Assembly (NCBI RefSeq): GCF_018977255.1
Contig: NW_024704749.1
Coordinates: forward strand, 19,716,001 to 19,780,000
Direction of reading: 5' to 3'
DNA from: Callorhinchus milii
Taxonomy: Eukaryota
DNA: 64,000 nt
The position numbers were made by a program, and so were the translations under genes. How positions within the stretch are numbered: position 1 is the stretch's first letter; each line of letters opens with the position of its first letter. The notes beneath the pieces are model-generated. The model saw nothing but the letters and a program-made list of their open reading frames with translations, did not search any database and was not told the DNA's origin. Below, one piece after another: positions 1-13,500 of the stretch.

Positions 1-871
1 CACATCCCAAGGATGGCACTGGGAATGTGAACTTACAGTTCTATGGTGAAGTAGGAGTTTTTTGGACTGGAACAAACAGTATTTGTGCATGTGTGGGGGA
101 GGTGTGGGGGTAATCTAATAATAGAATTAAAATCTGAATGGTTTGGTGGCAAATAAATAAACTTGTGATCAGTGAGTCAGTAACAAGGGGATTGTTGTCA
201 GAAAAAAAGGGGGGGTTAGAAGGTTTTTTTTTAAAATAGAGGATTCAAGCGCTCCGAGACACTACCTCATGTGAAGGACACTATATAAATGCAAGTTGTT
301 GTTGTTTACTTATGGAATCTTCATCACTGATGAATCCACTGATCTTAAAAATGAGTTGCATCAATACTTAATACTTAAGGAAATGTCAAAATTAAAAGCT
401 ATGAGAAGAGAGCAAGAAATGAGGATATGTTCGTGCTTGGTCCCACGCTGGAGCTATCTGCTCTAATCTCAATCCTCGGCTCTTTCTCCATAACCCTCTC
501 CTGATTATCCAGTTTACTTATACATGTTATGGTCTCGGCCTCCTCGACAGCGTTATCCTCACCTCCCTCCCGCGTGAAAGCTTCTTCAGTCCTTCATCAC
601 GTTAAACTGAGGTCTTGTCTGCCTGTTCAGGTGGACGTTGAAGAACCCGTGACATTATTTGAAAAGAGAAGGGAATTTCAGCAACCAGCTGTTTGTGGGG
701 TGTTGTTGTATATGAATCGACTGCAGTGACCGCCAGCTCTTGAGGCTGTCAGTTGGACGAGTATTCGTTCCCTCACCAGAACAAAAGCTTTTGTTTAGTG
801 CCCTTTCCATGAAAATTTTTTGCTGAGATCTGAGTTTATTATATGCTAATTGTTCTTCCTTACTTTTGCAG

Positions 872-3585
872 GGGAGGGACACCCCATCCCGGACGCCAGC
901 ATGGCTGACAGTGGGCAGCCTGCAGACAACAACAACTTTGGGGTGGACACACAGCCGCTGGTGAGAGAGAGCAAGTTACACTCCAGTACCAGGACCCAGA
1001 TAAATTCATCGAATTGTTTGTGGGCTGTTGGGTTTAGTCCCCGTCTGCCTTGTGCTTTAAGCTGATATGAATGAAGCTGACTGATGGCTGCACCAGCCAC
1101 CTGTAGAGTGGTCGAATGCTGGCACATGGGCTATGCTTCCCACACCAAACATTGTATGTGGGTGGGGGGGAGTGGGGAGTTGGGAGAGGGGTGAAGTGTG
1201 AAGTGTGTCTGCAGATAAAGGCACTCTCTGCCTCCCCCGCCCCCCTGATTCTCGAGCTCTGGCTGCCAACCCCTTGCCATGAGACTGCTGATCAGTGGGC
1301 TGTGGGAGTGCTTAGTTGTGTGGTGTGGATTTGTGTCTGAGCTTTCCTTTCCTTTTCTAGCCGAACTCAGGCACTGATGGATCTGCTCCCGTGCCGGATG
1401 GCTTGCAGTTTGGTGAGGTGGGTGTGTGTGTGTGTTGTAACCAGCCTCGCTCACTTGTCAGAGCTGATCTGAACTCAGAATGCGAGAGTGTGCGCGTGCT
1501 TTCTTTCCATGGCCACAACGCATTTTACCCTGTACTCTGCTATCGAGCAACATGTGTGTGTGATGGGGCCGAGAAGTGCAAGGAACAGTCGTCAGATGCC
1601 AGGTCTTGGCATCGTGTGGCTGAGAAACGCTAACTCAGCACCGAACGGGGATTTGAGCTTGGGCATTTATTTCACCCCTCCGAGCAGGGGCTGAACCCAC
1701 AGCCAATGCTCGTCAGTTGGGTTAGGGAGCAGACCTTAGGGAAAGAGGTGAGCAATGGGAATTATGTGGCAACAAGAAACTAGTCACTGCACCTGACAGT
1801 AGTTACAGGGCCTCGATAGAGATGGGGATTCTATGGACCTTTGGTTACCGGAGGTGTAGTAGCTTCTGGCCTGGATTGGCAGTTTCCTGCATACGTCTCA
1901 GGACACCGTACAGTTACCCCTAGTGTTTCTAGCACCAAAAATGGCCGTTTTCTTATGCATTTCCTGACGGATCCCACAGGACGTGACATCAGCGGTGACT
2001 TGGTGCCCTTTTTGTGAGGTCTACACTTTTTGCGTGATTCGGTTGTAATCCTGTAAGCCAAAAATGTTAGACCTTGGAAAATCCCTCAATTATAATCGCT
2101 GAAGTGGTTCGAGACTTGATATAATGAGCGAGTTTACTTCACTGTGACATTTCATTCTGTTATGAGAGCACCTCCCCAGTGTAAACCATGGGGTGGATGG
2201 GGGCAGAGAGTTTCCTGTTGATATCTTGATTATGCCTTGTGTTGTGTTACTGAGTCTTAATTCCCACTCATCTGCTTCTCAGGTCCCCGGACAACCAGTG
2301 CAAGGGGTTCCGTCGATGGGAGCAGTGCAGTTTTACAACCCGGCCCAGTTTTCACAAGTAAGTTTCTTGTTTAAAAACAAAATCTGCAATGGTGACTGAT
2401 CTCGATCTCCCGCCTCAGGGCCCGAGTTTGGGTGGAGGCCAGACTGCTGGGTTCAAGGCTGAATGCTGGCTCCCTCGGTTCTGCGGGCTCACGGAGGCCT
2501 GATGAGAAATGAGTGTGGGCAGGTCCTAGTGCGGTGCACAGATCCATGGCACAATGAGGACAGAGAAGGCATATATGGCTGGGCAATGAGAGGCAAGCCA
2601 TTCACACAAGAGCCAAGGATGGGATGAGGAGGTGGGGGGCTTTAAGTGATTTTGTGGGAGGGCTCAACTTAGGCACAAGCTATCAAGTGCTGTAGAAAAG
2701 CCCCTCTTTCCAGCCCTCCCATTTTGAGAGCAGAAAATTTCCCTTTTCCTGAGAGCCAAGTCCGTCATATCGGGGGGAGGACGTCCCAAAGCATTGGACA
2801 GTCAGGGTTTTACTACTCGCGTTGATATTAATCCAGCTCCCATAGTACTACTATAACTGTTGCCTTGGGAAACCTCCCCAGAAATAATGCAGTGCTTTTT
2901 CTCAGCACGGTGCATTATTTTCTGTTTCACTTCACACTAAGCCCTGCTCCGCGCTCTCCTCTCACTTTATTTTATAGGAGAATGTTGTATTTTTGTCCAC
3001 CAGTTTCATTCTGCTTTTACCCTTCCCGTGAGAGTGTGGTCCTTAGGTGTCCCTCCAGTAACTGATTGCCTAAGCAGCCATCTTTCATGTGAGAGCAGAA
3101 GCAAGCATGTAACTATAGGGGGAACGTACAGCCCAGGCCTGAACTTGTTGTAACCCAACATCCAACACAAGGCACCTTCCAGCTTCTGGATAGTGATCCC
3201 TCCGCCTTGACCCTGACTCCGCACCTTCAAATCCCGCTTAAAGTCCTTCCTTTTCGATCATGCTTACAATCACCTCACTCTCCCCTTGGCTCATTATCAG
3301 ACTCCGCCACTTTGAAGAGCTCTGGGACCCTACTCCACGTGAAGAACGCTATATAAATGCAAGTTGTTGTTGAGCTGATTTACCCTCTCCAAATCCAGGA
3401 AGCAGTGAAGCGAATTGTAACCTCAGCCACTGCCTAGCTCAGGACCTAGCTGGAGTGTGTGTGTGTGTCTGTCAGGTGATACCCTCTTTATTAATCGGTG
3501 ATTGCTTTATTTTAACTTTCAGCCGCCGGCCACAGGCTCGAAACCGGGGCGATTCGGCCAAAGGAAATACCCAACATTAAAGTGA
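872..3585 (+). CDS. SEC16A: SEC16A (ER exit-site scaffold), last four coding exons; the gene begins upstream of the window
   Basis: AG/GT-bounded, in-phase exons 872-960, 1361-1417, 2283-2357 and 3523-3585. They translate to ...GVPSMGAVQFYNPAQFSQ|PPATGSKPGRFGQRKYPTLK*, resembling the vertebrate SEC16A C-terminus (human ...MPFYNPAQLAQ...GRIGQRK). Position next to INPP5E fits known synteny. Exon 1361-1417 is the least certain. Confidence 0.85.
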
Positions 3586-4693
3586 AGAACTGGACCCAGA
3601 AAGCCGTGAATAACCCAACGAAATTGTAAATTTTCTTGATACAGGTTCAGACAAAGTATTGTGACATTTCCAACTGCAGGTCTCTCTCACTCTGAGCTGG
3701 TTGGATATGGACTTAGGTTGGAAAGAAATCTAGTCGCTGACCGCAGCAACTGTCGCTGCCAAATGTGTGGGGGCGGGATGGGGGGAAGAGCCTGAAAAAT
3801 TGATTTAAAAAAATTAAAAATGTATATTTTGTCTCCCAAAACCAGGGCTGTTGAGAGGAAAATGAAACGTCAGTGAGTTTTGAGTCTTCTTGAACTGGGA
3901 CCGAAAGGACTGTCTCCTCTGAATCTAATTGTAAATGTCATGATACTTTACAGTCATCCGATACTAGAGCTGGCTTAATCCAAAGTGGCATATCACAAGC
4001 GTTCCATTCTGGAGATCCTCCAATTACTGTCAGAGTAGAATAAAGAGCTGTTGACCTGTAATGATCAGGGAGGTTGGTTTGCAGGAAGGGGAGAGACACT
4101 GAAAGGTCTGGGGATTTGACCATTTGTATGTAGGTAATATATTAAAGGCTGCTGTAAAAGAGTATTGAAAACCCAGGAGAGAGCCTGTTGTAAAATAATA
4201 CCCGTGAAATATCTGAAAGATGGATGGTGTGAATAAATTTCTAAAGTGCAATATAGATGCTCACCTTCTCCTTGTGAGAGATTGTTTTTTTGAGACTATG
4301 AAAAAAAAAGGCAGAATGCACAAACATTTGCTGGGGGGGTTGTTTGTGGTGGGCGAGGACTTGCCTGTGTTCAGAACAGTGTTTGAAAGGGTGACTTGTT
4401 CACACCTGCTGCGACCTACCAAAAGACCTCAACGCCGTGAGTAACTAGATCTGGAATTAGTATGCAGTGCTGATAAACACTGATTCATTCCTCTTCTGGG
4501 TAGCCGAGTGATTGCCCCTCCCTATCTCTTAATATATTTGAATCTCCCTTCTCTTTCTCCTTGAAGCAAAGCCTTTGTGCTATTTTCCATGTAGGCTTCA
4601 AACTAGTTTTTAAAATCAAAAGGGTCCCTCCTTTGTGGGAGGTGCTGCTATTTTCATAATGTGTTAGACTTCACACTGTAAATTCTTAATGGA

Positions 4694-4699
4694 AATAAA
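4694..4699 (+). terminator. Candidate SEC16A polyadenylation signal (AATAAA)
   Basis: AATAAA about 1.1 kb after the SEC16A stop, followed by T/GT-rich sequence. Confidence 0.5.
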
Positions 4700-5549
4700 A
4701 CAATATTTTGTGCTCTGGCGCATTTTGACCTATTGCTGGGTCTTCGTCTTTTACTGGCCTGTCGTTTTAACACTTCTGTCTTCAGCACCTCCTACTTTTA
4801 AAGGGGGTTTAATCCAAAACAATACTCCGGGGTGGTGGGGGGCGGGGGAGCCAATCTGGTTTAGACTCTTGTTCAAACAACCTTAACTGAAGAACAGCCA
4901 ATCAAGAGTGAATATTAATAATAATCCTTGCATTAGATACAGCCAGCACCTTATCACTTAATCAAGATCTCAAAGCTCTTAACAGAAGTTGTTGTAAAGT
5001 GCAGAATATTTGTAGGTGAATGTGGCGGGCAATTTGCCCAGAGCAGTGCCCCACAAAGAAACCTGATATGAAGAACCGATTTTATCTGGGGGATTGTGAA
5101 CATACAGGAGTGTCCGCAAACAGCAACGGAGTAAATACTAATTTTATTTGGGGGATTGTTGGCCAGGACACCGGGATAAAATCCTCTTTTGAAATATTAT
5201 CACGGGATCTTTAACATCCTCCTCAACAGGCTGATGGGACCTAGGTTTAATGTCTCATCCAAAGGACGGCACCTCCGAGAGTACAACAGACCCCCATTGC
5301 TGCATTGGAGGGTCATCTTAGACTGAGCTCAAAGTCCCTGACTGAACCAGCCTGACATGATGAGGCCACCTTCAGATGAGCGGGCAGGTGGGGTGTGGGC
5401 GGGTTGTGTTGCACTGCACATGAAACAAAACTGGTTTGGGAGGGTGCCTAATCTTCAAATGAAACCTGCAACTTTTTATTCCCTTTGAAGACCTTTTCTT
5501 ACACAGTCACAAAGACACAAACCTAAATTGGCCACCCTGCTGCCCATAG

Positions 5550-6070
5550 GAGGCGAAGATGGTTATAATGTCGGGCTACTTTTGGGCTAGTGTTTGGTGG
5601 ACTTTGGGCTACAAGCGGGGTTTTTTTTTGCTGGCAACCCTGTGCGCATGCGTCACTTCACCTTTACCAAGATGGCCGACTCCGCTTTACAAAGATGGTA
5701 GCCCCGTGGGAAGCAGCTAATTCCCCGAATGCTTTGCGGTCGCGTTGCTATGGCTCGGAGGTGTTGCTATGGGCCGCGGGGCTCTTTGATGTCTGGAGTT
5801 TTCGGAGGCCGCGGGGTGGTCGGAGGTTCAGGTAAAGTTTGGGGGTGGGGGCGGGAGGTAGAGTGGCCCGGGGAGGGCTGCTGGACTGCGGGCAGACTGA
5901 CTGATCTCAGAGCCGAGGCCTGAGGCCTGAGGCCTAACATCCGCGGGACACGGTGAGAGGGTAATGGGGGTCGCTCCCCGCCTGTCACAGCACAGCACAG
6001 CCTCACGCCGAGTGAGGCCGCTCCTCGCTCTGTGCACAGTGACTGACCTCAGCCCGGGCGGGCGGGGATA
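5550..6070 (+). promoter_or_regulatory. CpG-island promoter and non-coding first exon of INPP5E
   Basis: CpG-rich stretch with an NRF1-type TGCGCATGCG (5643-5652), YY1-type CAAGATGGC (5668-5676) and a donor CAG|GTAAAG at 5831/5832. The next strong acceptor before the CDS is at 7392/7393. Confidence 0.7.
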
Positions 6071-6604
6071 GAATGCCTGAAAGAGGAGTGGGAGTTGAAC
6101 AAGTTACAAAACAAACTTGTAACGTGTGCTGCGGTATTCTTTTCTCCCAACAGAAATGCGGTCGATCAAGTCAAGATCCTGAGATTTCTTTTACACAAAG
6201 AGTAAAAGTAAGAGTCTGAGAATCTTCTGTGACAGGGCCCATGAGGACCTCCATCTGTAGAGATGACCAGCCCTTTCAAAGCAGCTTTGTGCCTTTCTCT
6301 GGTTTATCTCTGCTTTCCGGTTGTTTCAATGCCTTAAACGTCTTTGGACGAAGACCACTTCCTTCCACCGGATACTGATAGCTCAAGTTTTGTAAGTAGG
6401 ACAATTGAATACAAAAGAACGGCAGTGATTAAATTTAGACAAGGCGGTGGTTAGGCGTGAATTTTTATGCTGAGCTGTGCTGCCCACTGGGAAGCGAGCA
6501 GGGAGTTCTTGGTACCAACCATACTCCGAGTCGGGGCTCAAACCCGCATTTGTCGGATGTCGAATGACCGACTTGTGACTATCCTCCTTGTGGGGAGGTA
6601 AGCA

Positions 6605-7185
6605 GAGACTCCTTGGAGCTGAACAGGCTCCAAGGTGAAATGTTTGGAGACAGAATGTCAGAATCAAGCCAGCCCTCTGCGGCAGACTCCAGTTTCTGAG
6701 CCAGGGATGTCCTCAGTATTCCAGGGCACTGTTGATGACAGCACAGCCAGCCTGGGTCATTGGCAGGACTTGGAAGGGCAGAGCAGTCACTGGGGGGCAG
6801 GGAATCATCCCACTCAGCTCCTGTTAATCCTACAAGCCAACGCCATAACTGATAAGTAGGTCCTAACTGGATAAGCAATGGGAAAGCTGGCCAGATAGAG
6901 GTATCAATGGCAAGCTTTGCGGTTTTAGATGGTTTCGACTCTAGAAGTACCCCAATGTACACTGCAGTCACCAAGCCGGGTCGTGCCAACTGCACCTAAT
7001 ACTTTCCGGAACTCGGTAAGCAGGATGCTTCCCTGCAGGGGAAGATAGCGCATTCCATTCCAACAATCTATCTCTGGAAATTTCCATGTGTAGGTGGGAT
7101 GCATGGCATTCTCAGTTCGATTTGGATACTGTTAAGCATGGTGATGGGTTTCTGTAGTCTCAGACACCTGACTGACCAAAAAAAA
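6605..7185 (+). repeat. Longest copy of an unclassified ~600 bp interspersed repeat (hairpin at one end, oligo-A at the other)
   Basis: Homologous segments recur at 20825-21163, 24800-25076, 32876-32960, 35290-35435, 35755-35985, 39643-39730, 40525-40725, 41160-41490, 45507-45795 and 46935-47376 (boundaries approximate). Confidence 0.8.
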
Positions 7186-7575
7186 TTCAATTAATGTCAG
7201 CCACACATTCATTAGTGTGGGATACACTAGACTTACAGCTATGGGTGAGGTGGTGCTATATAAAAGAACACTATAACAGGCTTTCCTTATGAATAAAAAA
7301 TAAAGTGAATGTTATGTGGGCATTGTCAACAAGGACCTCTGACTGGCTGTAGAGTTGTTTCTCCTGATGACATGTTAGGTTTGTTTTTGCAGGTGGGAAC
7401 TGAGATGATCTGAACTCCCCACTGATTTCTTCTGGTGTGCCAACATGTGGATGCTGGGATGCTGCTCTGCTGATACCCCATTAATTAGTCTTTCTACCTG
7501 GAAACATTATTGATGATTGTGAGGCTTAGCTTGAATGAACACACTTGGTTGCCAAGTACCACAGGAACTGCAAGA

Positions 7576-10500
7576 ATGGAGACCCCAGAGGGTTTTGCTG
7601 TGAAGGGCACTGCCACCCTCCCTGGCAGGTCAGATGGCTTTGGTCGACCCCACAGATGCCAGGAATTGAGGAAAATGAATCCCACGGGCAAGGAGAACTC
7701 CAAGCCCCTTCTTAATGACACTTTGAAGTTTCCCCCAGAGGAACTGGGCCATGGAGTGCAGGGCCCTGAGGTGGAGTTTCTGCCGAGACCCCCCACCAAA
7801 CCTAAACCCCCGAGGCAGCAAAAACTCCACCGTGGGTTCTCAATGGAAGGGAGGGTCCTGTCGAGGAAACCCCAAAGCAGCCAAGAGAGCTCGTCTGAAC
7901 CGACTGACTCAGAGTCCTCCTGTGGATCGGTCTGCCAGGAAAGCTCTGTGTCTTCCAGCCTGTGCCACACAGTGCAGGGCGAGCGGGGCCTGCTGTCTAA
8001 CTGCGTCAAGGTCCCTTCTCAAGGTGGTAGGACAGGCACTGCTGGAGACCAGCAGGACAGGCCGGCCTTGAACTCGGACTCAGAAACCAACCACCCTGTG
8101 CTGGACAGGCACCTCCATCGTGCCAAAAGGAGGTTATCCCCAGTGATGCCCACGAGGCCGCTCCCTCCTATGGAGATCAATCTCTCCTGCTCAGCACTAA
8201 GAACAGCTAATCGCATTGACCAGGATTATGTAGATTACAATCGCTTGTCTCAGAGTGATTTGCAGAGTCAGCACAGCCTGACTAACCAAGAGAGCTCCTT
8301 GCTGGACACCACCTCTGTCCTGTCCATGAAATCCACCAGCAGCCTGCTGTGTCGGGTGCGGACCGAAGACCTGCGCAGGAGGTATTGTCCATCCCGGGGT
8401 GGGGAGTGGTGTGCAAAGGGCCCTCTGTGTGCATTCTCTGCTTGCCGAGCTCTGCTGGTGCTGCCGTCTCAGGAGCTTTTATTGAGAGGATGTACTACTG
8501 TCGTCTGTTAACCTTTAAATCCTGGCGCTTTGCTGCAGGGAGAGAGTGCGCATTCCATTCCTGCGCGCAATTGCACTGCTACGTTTGCCTACACATACAC
8601 AGTCCGTTTCACAGTAAATCCTATGAGACGCTTTGAGAATGTCCTTCCGATGTAATAAAGCGCTCTGTCAAATGCAAGGATTATTATTTTCATCTACTGC
8701 TATTTTTGTCAATTCTCGCCTTGATTTCTCAAAAAAAAACCTCGCTGGTCTCCCCAGTTCCATCATCCACAAGATCCAGCTCATCCAAACCTCCACAGCC
8801 TTCAGGCTAACCCATACCAAACTCTGTACGTCCATTACCCTAATTCTTGTCAGGGGTCACTGGCTTCCTCTTTCCAAGAGGATTGATTTCAAGATCCTCA
8901 CCCTCGTGTACAAATCCCTAGCACCTTCCTCCCTGTCTGACCTCCTCCAAGCCCACTCCTCTGTCCACCCCATTGGTTCAGCTAACACAGGCCTCCGCAC
9001 GTCCTCCAACCTTTCCTTGATAATAATCCTTGCATTTGATATAGCATTTTTCACATCTTCGAGACGTCTCAAAGCGCTTCACAGAATATACTGTAAAGTG
9101 AATTGACTGTATATTTGTGGGTGAAACGCAGCAGCCAATTGGCGCAGCAGTTTCCCACCTCCCCCTGATCTTGCCCTGCACCATGTAGCGCTCCGAGACT
9201 CTATCCTGCGTGACGGGTGCTGCATAAATGCAAGTTGTCTGTTCAGCTCAGCAACTCGTTGGTAAACACATTAATTGATTGAAAGCTGAAATTTATTTAA
9301 AAAATAAAAAGCTCTGACCTTGCACCTCTTTCGAAGGCTTGTTGGCGTGCTCTTCAGCGCTCACTGGACTTGGTATTCAGCCTGTTCCTCTGTGACTTTA
9401 CAATTATGAGACTTTCATCTGATTTCACCTTCAACCAATGTTAAATAATGTTCAGTATAATAAACCAATGTTATAATGGGTTCAGCACTTAATCACTGGG
9501 TAGTTTTGTCTTGGTATATACTACTGGTCTCTGTGTATTTTGTGTGTCTATCTGGGGGTGGTGTCTGTCGGTCTTCCGAGGGGTTGTCTGTGGGGTGGGT
9601 TTGTTGTGGGTGGAGGGCGGTCTGTGCATTGTCTGGGTGCGCTGTGTGTCGTGGTGTGTGTTTGTTTGCGGTGGGGATGTATTTGAGTGTGTGTGTGTCG
9701 GGGTGGGTGGGGGGGTGGTGGTGTTTGATCATCAAGGCCTCTGCTTGTAATCCTGTGCCCTTAGCTGCCTGAGGTTATATACTGCCTTCCTGGATTAGTT
9801 TCCTGCGTACACTGAGGACCTGTTGAACAATATCTGTGCTAATGTTTTGCAGGAGTTACCTGGAGGGCAGCCTGCTGGCTTCAGGGGCACTGTTAGGTGG
9901 TGAGGAGCTGGAACGGTATTTCCCAGACCGGAGAGTCGGGATATTTATCACCACGTGGAACATGCAGGGCAGAAAGGTAAGAAGTGACTGGGGCGAGGAG
10001 GGTGGGGTGGATACATAACTCCCATCATTTCTTCTGCAGCCCCTTCAAAGAAGAAACTATTCACATCTTTTTCTGATCTGTGGAACGATTCTGGCTATTA
10101 TCTCTGATGAGCAGCCTGGGAATGTACAGTAGGAGACACGATCATTGCAGTCCATTTGCCAGTCCCCAAAGTTTGTAGAATGTTTGTAGGATGAGAATGC
10201 TGCCTTTTCTATTCTTCAATCTCAGCTTTCCCAGAGCTCAGCCCTTTCATGAACTTGCTGAGAAAGGTGCTGGGGAGTGCTGGTAATATTAAGATATATA
10301 TTGCTCTGTCCAAGAAAGCTGTAGATGCAGAATCAAAGGAGATGTTTAAAAGGGAGGGATATAGCTACTTGGGTAGTAGATAATAATACTTGCATTTGAT
10401 ATAGCGCCTTATCACGTCTTCAAGACGTCTAAAAGCCCTTCACAGAAAATACTGTGCTTAAGGAGCATGGCGAATGGGCAAGGCATGGGGATTAAGGCTA

Positions 10501-13500
10501 GTGGAACCGGCTTAATGGGCTGAATGGTCTCTCCCTGGTTTCCTATGTCCCTAATATATTGTACCACATGAGCAGGGTACGGACACCCGCTTGGATCTCC
10601 ATGTGACAGGTTGTGATTGTGACACTGAAACTCAATACTTTTCCTTCAACATTCCATTTGTGAACCTCACCCCTCTGGCTGGATACAGACCATTCAAGGC
10701 CATTTAGCAACCTGCCCTGTTGTCCTGAGAGCACGTCCGTGATGCTAATGTATCTGGGGTCTCCAGTGGGGGCAGGTAACAAGGTTGTCTGGTGGGGTGG
10801 GTATTGAGGATGTCTGGTGAGGAGGTATTAACGGTGTCTGGTGGGGCTGGTATCGAGAGTTATTTGCTGAAGATCGCCAGCCGCTGCTTTCACAAATGGC
10901 CTGTTGTAACCGCTGATATGCTGTGTTGTTCTCTCCAGGAACTTCCGGATAGTCTGAATGACTTCCTCCTGCCTTGTGACTGCGATGTCACTCAGGACAT
11001 GTACATCATTGGTATTCAGGAAAGCATCTCAGACAGGTAGTGTGGCAACTTAGAACAGCAGACCCTCCAGCTCCTGTCCTCTCCTCCAGCCCGCAGCCCT
11101 GCTTCACAGCCCCCACTCCCCATACGTCCTTGCACCCCCTCCCCCAGCCCATACCTCCAGTCTGGCTCAGGTTTCAGCTTGGCTTAGATGCACTCTCTTT
11201 GAGTCAAAAAGTTATGGTTTCAAGCTTCACAGTTTATGCTGACACCAGTGCAGTACTGGGGGAGTGATGTATAATTCTTTCTGCGTTAAATTCTTGGTGG
11301 TATTTTCCCCAAATGTAGCCTGAATAATCCACTTGCCATTTGTGTTTCCAAAGGCGAGAGTGGGAGATTCGTTTACAGGAGACGCTGGGGCCCCATTACG
11401 TTCTGTTGTACTCTGCTTCACATGGAGTGCTGCATCTCGCTGTGCTGATCAGAAGGGACCTCATCTGGTTCTGCTCAGGTGGGTTAGTACCATTAGTAAA
11501 CTGCTTGTAAATCCTGGCTAACAGTGCTCTAGCTATATTCGTCATTTACTTCATGGCTCTTTGTGGGACTTTGCTGTGCACAAAATAGGTGCCATCTTTG
11601 CCGATGTAAACAAATGACAACAAATTGCATTTCATGTTAGGAGAACGTCCCAAATTGCTGCACTTGACAACAGTTCCTTGTGAAGTGCTTTGAGATGTTT
11701 TGATGTTTTAAGCAGAGTGTCAAACACAAGGTTTATTATTGTTTGCGTGCGTCGTGCAATATTCAGCAGAGAAGGTTGAAAGGAGCATATTTTGGATGTG
11801 GAATGCCTTTTGGTGCAGTGGGTGAGGCAGGATCTATATTAGCTTTCGAGAGGGAACTGGATAGATACCTAAAGAGGAACAATATGGGGGAAAGGCTGGT
11901 AAATGGGAAGGAATGGCCTGTTTTTTCAAAGAGCAGCACAGACAGCATTGGCTGAATTGTTGCCTCCTGCACTGTAATACAGTTCGATGTGCTCTTGAAC
12001 TCAGTTTGTGCTGTAATTTTGACTAATTTGTGTTTTCCTTTTGTTTTTTGCCCCAGAAGTGGAACACGCAACAGTCACAACGCGCATCGTCTCCCAAATC
12101 AGGACGAAAGGAGCCGTGGGAGTTTCCTTCACCTTCTTTGGGACTTCCTTCCTCTTCATCACTTCCCACTTTACCTGTAAGTTTGCTGGTATTGTTCCCC
12201 TGGTCTTGGCATCAGAGCAGGTTCCCAGCACGTGGAGAGGCCAGCTCCCCACTGGAGCTCTCTACTCTAATAATAATATTGCTGTGTGCAAGATTTTTGC
12301 TATGTTCATCCACAAAACAAAACGTTTCGGTAAATCTTGTGAAGCGCGTTGGGGTGTTCTGACATGAAAGGCGCTGTCCTAAATGTAAGGATATTATTAC
12401 TCCCGTTGTGTTCTTTCTTTTGCAGCCGGGGAGGGCAAAGTCTACGAGAGGATTCTGGATTATAATAAAATTGTGGAAGCGCTGGCTTTACCCAGGCTCC
12501 TCCCAGACACCAACCCCTACAAGTCAGACCCTTGTGAGTACCCTCAGGATTCAACTTAAAGTATGTACAGAGCGAGACTGTGAGTGAGACACACTGGAGA
12601 TGAGGATGTGGAATGTGCAGCAGCAGCTTCAATTGAATTGTTTAAAATGAAGATGGAGAGACATTTGGCAAGTAGGCGGTATGGGGAAAATGTGGGAGAG
12701 GGAAATGGAATTAGCCATGAACTGACAGAGCAGATTTGATGCAATGAAAGCCGTCTTCCGGTTCAGATGTTTCCCCTCCATCTCTCTTAGATTCTTTTCT
12801 GCTAGTGACTTTGCTGTGAGTGTTCGGTTGTGGGTTCAAGCCCCATGTCGGGGCCTGGACTCACGTTGTCTAAGCTGATACTGCAATGCAGTGCTGGGGG
12901 TGCAGTGCATTGTCAGAGATGACCTCCTTTGTATGAGAGGTTAAACCCAAGCCCTGTCTGAGTGTTCAGGTGAGCGTTAAAGATCCCATGGCACAATTCA
13001 AAAAGAAGGGGGAGTTTCTCTCTCTCGGTGTCAACAATCGACCAAATAAAATTGGTCATTCATTGACCGGCTGTTTGTGGGACACTGCTGTGCGCAATTC
13101 GCTGACCTGTTTCGCCCTCAAGTTACGCAGTTTACAGTATATCCTGTGAGGTGCATCGAGACATCTCAACAATGTGATAAGGCACTATATAAAAATACAA
13201 GGATTATTTATTATATATATATATTGGAGGATGCTGGCGGATTCTTACTTCAGTAGAAGAAATCGTATGTCTTCAGAAGAGATAAACTCAGTGAGAGCAA
13301 ACCAATCCAGGGCTGATCCAGCATTACAGAACCAATATGCTTTCTAACCTGCCCCCTCTGTACCTGTAGCTGACGTCACGACCCGTTTCGATGTTGTGTT
13401 CTGGTTCGGAGACTTCAATTTTCGCCTCAACAAGGAGCGGAAGGTAATTGACCACCTCCTGCGGCAGGACTCCAATGCCAGTGTGTCCGGGCTGATGGTG

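Noticed and set aside
1840-2130. Possible old DNA-transposon remnant (similar impression at ~41520-42130)
   Set aside because: I could not establish TIRs, TSDs or a clear second copy by eye.
6154-6391. Possible extra 5' UTR exon of INPP5E (CAG|AAATG ... TTT|GTAAGT)
   Set aside because: The splice signals are plausible, but nothing else in the sequence supports it without transcript data.
9490-9730. GT-rich region giving Cys/Val-rich and His/Thr-rich ORFs
   Set aside because: Low-complexity intronic sequence.
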